Shown here: in pieces, positions 1 to 11,012 of the stretch
How the letters are laid out: every line of letters begins with the position of its first letter
Position numbering within the stretch: the stretch's first letter is position 1
Assembly: GCA_051362555.1 (NCBI GenBank)
Contig: CM120649.1
Coordinates: 12,896,001-12,960,000 of the forward strand
Source of the DNA: Lingula anatina
Lineage: Eukaryota; Animalia; Brachiopoda
Direction: 5' to 3'
DNA: 64,000 nt
The notes under the pieces: generated by a model
The model's database searches: none
What the model was told of the DNA's origin: nothing
The model's input: the letters and a program-made list of their open reading frames with translations, nothing else
Translations under genes and position numbers: made by a program

Positions 1-3000
1 AGTTCCTATAACATTTCTCTGCAAGCATGACATAATGTCTCTCTTGCTACTCGAATTTCAAAATTGGACATTACAATAGCCATGGTTCATTTAACTCGTA
101 GCAGGGAATATAGCATTAGAAGGCGTTTCACATGAGAGCTTTAACCCCACAATTGGTCTCAACTTTTAGCCCAAAATTCAAGTCTACATTGACCTAAAAC
201 GGATCCGTAATAGCTCAATAAAATTAGTTCACATTTGATTTGCTGCAAAAATGATGCAGTAATTGCTTCAGTTCAACAGCTCCTTTATTTAAGAAGTCCA
301 CTAAGGATTTATCTTGAGATAAACTACACACACTTTCCATCTTTACATTTAGACCACTGTTCAGGCTTAACTAGTTATTGTCTGACCACAGCTCAACTTT
401 CAGCTATTAGCTTAAGTTGAAGAAAAAATTAATGCTCCTCAAATTACTATTTTCCTTACTGGACCTTAAAAATAATTCATGGTTCAACAGATGGCCGCTA
501 ATTATAATAAAGTTGCAAATAATATCTTAATACCATTTCTTGGAAAGGGAAGAAATTTATTGTATCTTATAAAAAGTAATGATATCTTTAATCTTAGTTT
601 ATACATCACCATGGCAACACATTAAGGAAAGGGTCCAATGGAGAAGAGGTCTACAAATCAAATCATTCATTTCACAATAACTTGCTAACAGTTTTTGAAA
701 TTCGGAACAACAGAAGTCCTTTCTACCTGTATCTCATTGTTTACCGCAGGCTATCTTCAAAGTGGATGCGGCCAAATTTCTTGTTAAACCCTCACTCCTT
801 GCCCATAGGGCCGCAAACAAGACAAAGACAAATTGGAACACTTCATCAGCGTACCAACTCCAAAGTTTGCATAATCCTCCTCAAAACGGGGACAAAACTT
901 CCTTCACCAGAGCAAGCTTGAGAGGACGCCATTTCTACTGCAATCAAGTCCATCCCCACCCCCATTCAAGGTGTTACCAAATTACATTGTCAAGGGCAGG
1001 AGGGCCGTTACTTCCCATTGCATAAGACAGTACACAGGAGCATCCAGCGTGAGGATGAATTGCCTTAATCAACGCATCAGATCTACAAGAAATTACATCA
1101 CTTGTAAACAAACCCTAAATGGCGCCATTTCCATTCCGCCCAAGGCTAATCCCCTTCCCCTTAGGGCTGGGGAAAAAATAAGAGTCCATTATTTAATGAC
1201 CCTTCCAACAATAACCTGAGGATTTTGTTTTGGTCAGATATAAACAAACTAAACAATATACGGTTCTGCTACGTGAAAAATTGACGCAAGAGGGATTTGG
1301 AAAATTATCAAGCTGTGAACTGTATTTGTTGTGTTACGATTTTGAGGATTTGTGGAAAAATGGAGGTTTTAACCTCATTTATAAATTGATCGCTTCATAA
1401 ACTGGAAGTGGCTCGAGGTGTTGAAGTGACCACTTTTAACTTTACACAATGCATAGGATTAAATATTGTTGTATTTGGGGGCTGGTTTGAAACTGGGGAA
1501 TAATGCCTTTTTGACCCTATTTGTAAATTAGCATCTGCACGTGTGTCAACAAAACCAGCGCCCATGAAAAAATGTACATTGTTGAAACAGAAGTCAGGAT
1601 GGGGTTTCTTTTCACTATTTATTTGCCACTGGTTCTCGCCAACAATTTCATGGCTTTTGTTGGGAATATTCATAACTAGGTCAATCAAGATTATAAATAC
1701 TTAATAATGCCATCAAAACAATTTTCAAACATTGTGACATTTTGGGCGAAAGCCAAATTCCAAAGAACAATCTTGTATATACATGGTTTGTTTACATAAA
1801 ACTGTTACAGTAAACAAACTTTGGATATATATACAAGAATGTTATACCTTTAAACAAAAATTTAACTTTTAAGTTACAAAAAATCCTAATTCAATCATAC
1901 GATAATCATCCAGTAGCTTTGTTTTGAGGACTTTTATTTGTCAAATTCAAATTAGAAAAACAAACAGTTTCTCCCATCAAAGTCAAAAATACAATAATAA
2001 TATTATTATTCACGAGTACAATTTCAAAGCATTTTGACTCACTACTGCAAAACAAACTGTATACAAACAAACAAGACCTAAATCTTAACCAGGTAAACAA
2101 ACATTTCACCTCCGAGCATATATAAACAAGAAACTTAACACTTGTTTTCTCTACTCACTATGTCAAAATTTTGCTTTCCATATTTGTATCAAGTTTTACC
2201 GAAAGTTACAACTGCAAAATGTGAGAGGGCATATTGATATTTATTTAAAATTTTTGACCAAACTGTTAGTGCACATGAAATAAAATATAATTACCCTCGT
2301 TAAGGCTTGCATTAGGCAGACAAATACCTCCAATGTCAAAAAGACATTTAAAAGCATAACAATGATAAATTCATTAACCCGAAAGGTTTTTCCCACAAAT
2401 TTTAAGAAAGCATGCTGCTCCAGCATCTACAGATATGTTGATATCAACAAATACACTCTTCACTTTTCAATACTATTTCATCACACACAAGAATGTGCAT
2501 GCACACGCACTCACCAAATGAGTTTCAGCCAATCCAATAGACTAGAAACTCTGCGCTACAAAATCACTTTCACCACCAAATACTATAAATGACCATCATC
2601 TAATTCACTGAGCATCAAAATAAAACTGCCTACTTCATCTCATATATATATGAAAGCTCTTATGCGGTATCAGGATAGAAGGTATTATTAATTACATGAC
2701 CCAGGGTTCAATATTTTTCAGCAAATAAGCTGTAAAATAATTTTCATGTACATTATGGCAGGCACTTGATTAACTTTACAGCACAAAAACTGGTTTGAAT
2801 TATCTTTTACAAAAAACAAAAATATTTTTAAGAAATTGAAAAAAGTCCTTACTTCAGGTAAAAAGTATAAACTTGATTTAAAAACCAGGTACACTTTTTT
2901 TTTTTTTTTTTTGCAATCCTTGCCTGACTCTAGTGGTCAACCAAATGACCAATGTCCAAAAAAATAACTAATCTTCCATATTCATATACTTGATCCACAT

Positions 3001-4862
3001 GAATGAATATAAGATTTTCCCTCCCCTAAAAATTACACCATCTTTCACATATTTCAGACTAAATTGCAATGCTGCAATAAGAAAGTTAGTCAAAGAAAAA
3101 GAAATCTTTTCTCATACCACTCATTTCAATTCCTCATGACAACATTTAATGTTCTACTTACGCTCTGCTAAAAATTCTTGACCATCACAAAATTGACCAA
3201 CTGCCCAGGTGAACGACCCCTGTGACCAAACGCTCTGTCCAGCTATTTGGTCACTTTGCCACTGGACTCTCCCTTTTAAGCCAGGATAAACAGAGCTCGG
3301 ATTTCTTGACCATGCACTTCTTAAGAGTTCCCCCGGGATATTTTCACTGCCTGCAAAGTGCTGGATATTTTGCAACTTGGTTTATCCTTGCTGCAGTAAG
3401 TGTAAAACTGTTTCTTTTCCCCCCTTGATATTGATAAATATCAATGGAAGTCTAAAGACTTCTTTTTTCAAAGAGTAAAAACTTTTTGACTTGCAGAGAC
3501 TTCTGATTCTATGAAGGCACTCTCAGGCATTTCAGACAAATAAAATTATTTCCAATAAGGGTTCTCCAACTTTATACTTTTAAAAACTGCCACTTATTCT
3601 GGCATTGCCGTTTCCTAATCAACCAATCAAAACTGAGCAAACTGGTGCTAAAACTTCACCCGGCCCAACAAAATTCACTGACTAATTCCACAATTCAATG
3701 AGCACCCAAGGCTAGAAGGCACTCTTGCAATATGACAATATTTTCACAAAAGGTCCTAAGCTAAAAATTATGCAAGATTTCGCACGGTTGATTAGACCAG
3801 TGGTTGGCCCATGAGGTAACAGTTTACCTGCATGATAACCATCTATGCCCTTAAAGATATCAATCTACCCCCTACTCTCCTTGGAAGTGAGAGCCAGGCC
3901 TAATTTGAGTAAATTCATTGCCCCCCCCCCCCCCCCCCCTTCCCAGTTTTCCACATTTCTGATCTGATCTGAGAAATCACTTGATTGGTTAAAACATGTA
4001 ATGTTGAACACAATGAAGTTTGCTAAGTGGTGAAAATAACTTTACAATATACTTTTGAAAGTGATTTTACTGATTTTTTATGTTCCTTTCCCATACAAAA
4101 TATCAAACTTGAATGTATGAAATAAATGTTCTTACTGAAAGCATCTAACTACAAAGTTGTCTCATTAGTTCAGAAAAATTACTCTTCCAATTATTTCTTC
4201 CAACATCTGTCAGACGAACAGAGGGGAACTTTTTCCACCATTCTCCGTCACCTTCCATCAGTGACACATACACTAGTCAATGTAAATCACATCGCAAAAC
4301 AGTTGCACAACATTTGCCCTAATTTTTCATCTCTCATCCCACTGTCTGCAACACGGACCATGGGTAAATCTAAAACCCGAACTTAACAGACACTAACTTT
4401 GTTAAAATTATAATCGAAACTCACAATCATTTCTGTAAAACATTCTGCCAGACAGACCAAAGGCACAACTTTTCTCATCACAAAACTTTCTCCCATCACC
4501 CAGACCTCCAGGTCTAAAGCAAAATAATGGACAATGTCGGAATATTTTTTTAGTAATCACTTCATTTCACTGGGGAAATATTTGTTTGGGGTTCTAATTC
4601 TCTTATACAGGGGTATCAGCAAATAGTGATGTTATTTCGGTGAGGTGTTACACAGCACAAGCTACAATAACATTGACCCAGTAAATCTGGTGCCTCTAGT
4701 TTCCCATATCATCAAATGTTCACTTCCCAAATGAGTTAATTTCCATCTCCAGCTGGTCCTGGCACCGAACCAGTGTCAAGCAATGTACAGCCTTATAATT
4801 TCAACAATTCTTTGAGTCCTTATGTTCGTTACTATACCAGAATCAGTTTTTCACTTTCTTTA

Positions 4863-5202
4863 CACTAGTGGGCTTGATTTGGTCTTAAAGTGCAATTTAA
4901 GTTCACAAATAGTCTTACATGATCTTAAACCATGAGTAAGACTATTTCTGGTCTAACAGCCAATTAAGTTGTCTCCCCTTATACATTCTCCTATTGTGAG
5001 CAGAGGTGTCCTCTATTGTGAGGGGAGGTATCCCCCATTGTGAGGGGAGGAAACTGCTTGACCATTTAAGTAGATGTTAGATCATTTTTGATCTTAAAAG
5101 CAGATTCAGTACATTTTAAGACTACTGCTGTAATGTTTAAGATCGTGTAAGGTCACTTGTGAACTTAAATTGCACTTTAAGACCAAATCCAGCCCACTAG
5201 TG
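4863..5202. mobile_element. MITE with ~65-70 bp terminal inverted repeats, flanked by TTA (PIF/Harbinger-like)
   Basis: Left end CACTAGTGGGCTTGATTTGGTCTTAAAGTGCAATTTAAGTTCACAA is the near-perfect reverse complement of right end TTGTGAACTTAAATTGCACTTTAAGACCAAATCCAGCCCACTAGTG. TTA lies on both sides and there is no ORF. Superfamily is inferred from the TSD only. Confidence 0.85.
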
Positions 5203-7081
5203 TTACCTCTTGCCTCATAAAGGTAAGCTGTATTACACAATACTTAATAAATAAATAAATTAATTAATTGAATCATTATTTATTTAATGATAAATGACGA
5301 AAAAATTAATTTCCAGGTAATTTTCATCTACATTTTTTTAGAAAAATTTTGAATAAGAGAAAATAATTATATTTTCACAAGGCATACTGGTATTACATAC
5401 ATACTACATTGATGACTATTCTGCAACTATTTAATAACTAAATCAACCCAAACACAAACACACACAAAATAAAAAAAAAAAACTATCAATTCATATTATA
5501 GGCCTTGTAACAAGCCATGTTACAAATCTCTCCAAGGTCAAATCAATCTGTCTAACATTCAGAACAATTTTTTATTGTCCAAATCTGTTATTATGACCAT
5601 AGCCTATCCCAAATGGTCACAGTGGTCAATGGTGACCTCTCTTTCACACCTGGCTCCCTATGACCCTTCCCCTCCCCTGCCCCAACTTTCAACCCTGGAT
5701 ACACCCATATTTATAGCTAATAGTTCAAACTAGGTCCTATAAAACCTTTCATGAAAATTCCCATAAATAAGAAAAATATCAATTTCCATATTTTGGTCCC
5801 TATTGACAAATTGAGCCCGACTTGTGAATAATTCTCAGGCTACCGGAAGATGTGGTAAAGAACACATGCTTAAAATCCCTTAAATAAAAAAAAATCTAAT
5901 TACAAATAAATTTTTGCATTTAATTTTCAAGAACAGTCTAATAGCATACCTGCCAAAACTTCCTCATCTGTGACAGTACATGGGGGCATCCACACAAATA
6001 TATACTCAATGTCCACTATTGTCCAACCTATGTCCAGTATTGTCCACTAAAACAAACCCATTTCCCAGTTTTTCCCAGTTTCTACACTTCTTAAAAATAA
6101 CTTAAACTCTTCCTCTCCATGCAAACCAGTGCATTATTACATTTTATCCACAGTCACTACACTATGACCACAACTGACCAATGGCCACTCAGTGTCCACT
6201 GTTACAATCCCATCTACCACCACTTCAGTATTGTCATCTCGATCAAACCTGCGAGTCAACTACTACCTTCTCCCCCTTTCCTTTGAAACAATCACGCATG
6301 CTTGCAATACGTAGTTGATTCTTGCTCCCTAAGCATGTACAAACATTTATACTCCAGAAATATGGAAAATAATACCTAATATGAAAAGTAAACAAGGCTC
6401 AGGTGTGCTCATGAAGTGCCTGTGAAGTACGGAGGTTAATCACAGTGTTATGTCATCATAATGGCCGGGATTAACTTTGAAATTAAGCAGGAGGGAGAGA
6501 GAGGCAAGTTTCCTTTGAGGTGAAATTTGGCAACGTTGCGTTACTTTAAGATGGACTTGTCAAAGTCAGTCTCATTGTAGAAGACAAAGTGTGAAGGGTT
6601 TATCCTGCTACAGCTCCCCCTCCCCCCAAATTAATTCTCAATAGGGTGCCTTTTGACACAACATGCCCTAACCCTATATTATAGAGTTATCACTGGGCCG
6701 CAGACAGCAAAATCACAATGATCCAGTGACATTTTAGGATGATTTTTATCTTAGGTTAGACTATCTCTAAACCAGTCTTATGATAGGCAAATTCCTTGGT
6801 CAAATATGCCAAACAATTGGTTTCAGAAGCAATAACGCAATATTACATTTCTGTCTGACACAGAGACAAACTGAAATATTATCATGCATGTGATGAATAG
6901 CACCATGCATCTTTTTGTTCAGAGCTGGAAAAGCGCCACCAGTAAGAAGAAAAAAAAAACTTTGTCTTTTTTGCCCATCATGAAGTTGGAAATATGAATA
7001 AGAAGAATGTTACTGTCTAAAATGGTGCAGGCATACATCCTAAATTTACACAGTACACAAGTTTGATTTAAGAACACTTAC

Positions 7082-7093
7082 CGCTCTGTTCAT
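7082..7093 (-). CDS. Candidate alternative first coding exon (MNRA), phase-0 donor
   Basis: Minus strand reads ttcatc ATG AAC AGA GCG|GTAAGT: consensus donor, A at -3, in-frame stop upstream, same phase as the 31555 donor. Being so short, it could be a chance match. Confidence 0.45.
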
Positions 7094-10000
7094 GATGAAA
7101 AATATAACAGCTTCCAAGTCAGATTATTCTCGAAAAAACTACAACTCATTTTGCCACGACTCCAATGTGTCTTTCACACGTTAAAAAAGCCCTGTCTCTG
7201 TTACAGCAAGTTATGACAACGGACGTTGATGTTTGACTGGTAAATATCACCCCGCAATTCCAACCTTTATCTCAGCACTGCCCCCTTGTGCAGGGCATAA
7301 CAGTAGCACGCCTTTCTCTCTTGTTTGACTTCCCAAACTCCACCATTGTCGGGGTGTTTTGTTCATCATTCAAGTTACCTCCAAACATCTCACTCGGTAT
7401 TTTCTTTAACGGTTCTCTCTCCTATACCTCCCACAAGGCTTTCACACAATAAGATCAGTTTTAAGATACACAAACTTTTCATTCCAAAGACATAGATGGG
7501 ATATGACCCCAGTGATATTAAGACTATTGTGTAAAAGACTGACATAATGGGCTAGGCTTGTGACTTTTTATCTGGGAGTGTTGTTGTTACAAGTTTTTCT
7601 AACCTATTTTACTGGAGTCAGTTTTGTGTCAATGTTTTCGTGTATTCCATGGATCAATGCATGCAATTTTTTTTCTTTCTTTTGCAAGTCTACGACCACA
7701 CGTACCAAATGTAATATCAGGAATATTACAGGACTAGTCTGGTTTATGTTGAACTTAGTTCTATGGTTACATGGTTAATAAATTTCAAGTTACATGTCAA
7801 TCTGAAATGCTTGATTTATATCAAATTTTCAATAATAATTTCTGATAAGGTCTTAATGTTGTAGTTCAAAGAGAAGCTAATGCCTTAATTACCCAATCAT
7901 GCATTCATTACATAACAACTAAAGAATCATATACACTGAGAACCCATTACATACCTCAATTTTCATTCACATTAGAAAAAACAAAATCACTTGTACATTA
8001 AGTTTCAATGTGCATATACAACCACTTACATTGAGCCTGAATCTGTGGCCATTAACTGTATATAAATTATTCTTATCTTACCTTATCAAATGCAAAAAAA
8101 TCTTTGAAAAATAACTCTGTATCCTACCTTCTGACGTTCAACATCTACCAAGACTTATGATCAAGTCTATTAAAAGCCTTGATCAAAACTGACCATATAA
8201 CCATACATAAAACAACTGAATACTTCTTGAAATACCATAAAATATGCCAAAACAAGGACGTTCATTCTGAAAACAATGTTAGGGCGCGTGTTATAACAGT
8301 TAGGGCAAAAACAGGTAGCAAGATCAAATTGCTGACATCATTCTAAGCCATTCACCTGCCTCTTGTATTTGGAATCCCAATGTTTTTGTACATTCATCCC
8401 CATTCTAATCCTTCCAGCTAATTCATTTTTTCAACAAAGCCTTTCCAAAATATAAATATTTACCACATCAAACCCAAATTACCAACACAATAGAAATCCA
8501 CCTAAACCTATTGGCTTATCAACTCCTGCCTTTTGCTGCTAAAAGACAAGGTGACATTTATGTCAAATCAGCGACCTTTTGATTGAAAATTATGAAACTG
8601 ATCTTGTAAACCGAGATGAAATATCAACAGACCAGTTTTGTTCACAGTTACAATACCACCAAACAGTTTTACAGTGCACTCACCTGTTTTAGAAAAGAAA
8701 AGGTGAGCTTTTGAAACCTTTGTATGTTAAATGTCACTTACACCTATTTTTCACTTGTTTTTGTTTCACCAACCTGTTGAAGTTAACTTCATCTGGGCTC
8801 CATGTTGAAAAACATGTTTCCTTCCACAGTCCTCTTTTTTCATGATATTCAAAGTCAATTTCCAACCAGCAAACAAACATTTGCTTTTACAATTTATGGT
8901 GACAAGCTAATTTATTTTATTTAATTATTTATTTTGCACAGCATATATGATCACTACATATTCACCCATTAAAAACTGCCTAATACACATCCTCAATATT
9001 ACTTGCTGTCCTTAAGTGTTTACCTAACTATTTAGGTTACAACTTAACTCCCAAGTACCAAGAAGCCAGGAACACTGGATCTAACAGGCTACCAGTATAA
9101 AATAAAACAATGTACAATCTTATTTGCTGACATCACTTGGATCGATTCAGATGAGAGCTTTTTGACTTTAGCGTGAACACAGTCTTGACTCTTATGGTCA
9201 TAGCTTTTCACCTGGTCATACCTTCTGTCAGCTGTCACTTAATCTTTTCATCTGGCACCTAACACCTTGTCTCCATTGAATAAAATTCATTAACCAAGGA
9301 ATGGATATTGCTTATTGACAAACAAAGGGCCAGTGTCCACAGAAATAGCTGGGATTCCCGGGGCGTATGGAGGTGGAAGAAGAGGGATGGTTCATGTAAT
9401 TGTTCACAATAATTGGGAATGTTAAATCAAGCACAGTTAAAATTCCAATCTATTTTGTTTAAAATAAAGCCTGACAAATGTGATTTAATAGATGAGCATG
9501 GTTGGTGTTGGAAAGTATGCTCATAAAAACTGACCATATACTGCTTTGCCAGAAAAATCTCTCTCTCTCAGGAATATCAACACCTTACTGTTTTGAGACT
9601 CAAAACTCTTAGACTAGCTAACACTCCCCATTAATAAAACTACCACATACTTTTTAAAATACCCCTACATTTATATATACTTGATTTATTAAACACAATT
9701 TTTCTCTTATAATCCTGGTGTTTGGACATACTTGATGGCTATTTGTCCCATTAATTTACACAAGACCAAAGTCAACTGACCAGGGGGGAGAGGGGCGCCA
9801 CAGATGATGGTCAAATCGGCAGTAGCCTTTAATAAACAAGTACCAATTTGAAAAGAGATTTTGTTATGTAGTAACATCAGAAAATTTCAAGTGGTGAAAA
9901 ATAGATAAACAATGATATTTTTATGCTTACATCTGAGACGCGAGTGGCATGACATTTTGAGCCTTCATCGATTTTTTTTTTTTACAATCCTGACATGAAA

Positions 10001-10922
10001 GACAACAACAATGAAATCCACCATAAACAAATGTGATTCATAAATAAAAACTCACTGCCTATATTCCTCAGAATGATATTTTTCTACTCACATTTTCAGC
10101 ACAGTGTTAAAGCCCTAAAAACAATTCTTTTCCAGAAGTCTTCAAATCAACATGTCACAAGCATAATACTTAAAACACACCTGGGCTTCAGTAAAAAAAG
10201 TAAATCGTCTTCAAAAAGTCTTAATGTGTTTTTTTTTTTACCTACTATGTATGGTGTTTCAAAACTCCATCAACCGACCTTGATCACCTACCTGACTGAG
10301 TCATAGCTAGTAAAAAACGTTAAGATTTTTTGTAAATGATTTCCTTTTTTACCATAATGATACAAGTGGCAATAAAAAAAACTTACTAGTACATCATTGT
10401 ACACAGGCTAGCTATATTTTAAATATAAATTTTGCCCAGTTAAGTGATTTTCACTAATTAGCTGTAAAAAATAGTTTGGTTAAACATTTAAATTTATTTG
10501 GCTTGACAAAAAGTTTGCCAGAATAAGCATCCATCCACCAAAGAATAACTTTTCAAGCAAACATAAATACTGAGATATTGTGAAATGTCCGTAGGAAAGT
10601 TCACAAAGTTGAATTTATAACAAAGCGTGAGTTAAATAGTCAGTTAAAAAACTCAACCCCCTCCAGTTCTACAAGTTCACTTCAGCTCACCACTGCAGCC
10701 TAGTTAAGTCAAGGGCATCTTCCACTCGACTTGTAACAAAAATAATAAACAAACAAACTAATAAACAAAACAGTAAACAAACAGCGAAGAATGATCCTTA
10801 TCCCTTCCAGCATTTTTAAAACTTCCAATCAACTATATACAATAATACCACCCCACAGAGTAATTAAATTGAATAGGAATCAAATGATCTTTTAAATTTT
10901 ACAATAAAGATCCATTTCTTAC

Positions 10923-11012
10923 CTTGGGGTGATGCCACATCTTCATTATGTTGACCATGAAATAAATACATATCCCAAACACAACAACTACTGGTATCAA
11001 CAACAAAAACAT
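10923..11012 (-). CDS. Candidate alternative first coding exon encoding a hydrophobic signal/membrane anchor (MFLLLIPVVVVFGICIYFMVNIMKMWHHPK)
   Basis: gtagcATG start, 30 uninterrupted codons, a ~22-residue hydrophobic run then K/H residues, and a strong phase-0 donor AAG|GTAAGA. A CpG-containing segment lies just upstream (11.2-11.5 kb). Confidence 0.65.

Noticed and set aside
682-1219. Overlapping plus-strand ORFs after an acceptor-like gtttaccgcag
   Set aside because: No recognisable protein, no good donor and no partner exons.
3154-3375. Minus-strand ORF with acceptor- and donor-like ends (AGC|GTAAGT)
   Set aside because: Open only as a phase 1-1 exon, which does not fit the phase-0 upstream donors; the peptide is not recognisable.
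9925-9970. ATG-containing segment before a GAT|GTAAGC donor-like site
   Set aside because: The available ATGs give phase 1 or 2 and the donor is weak.
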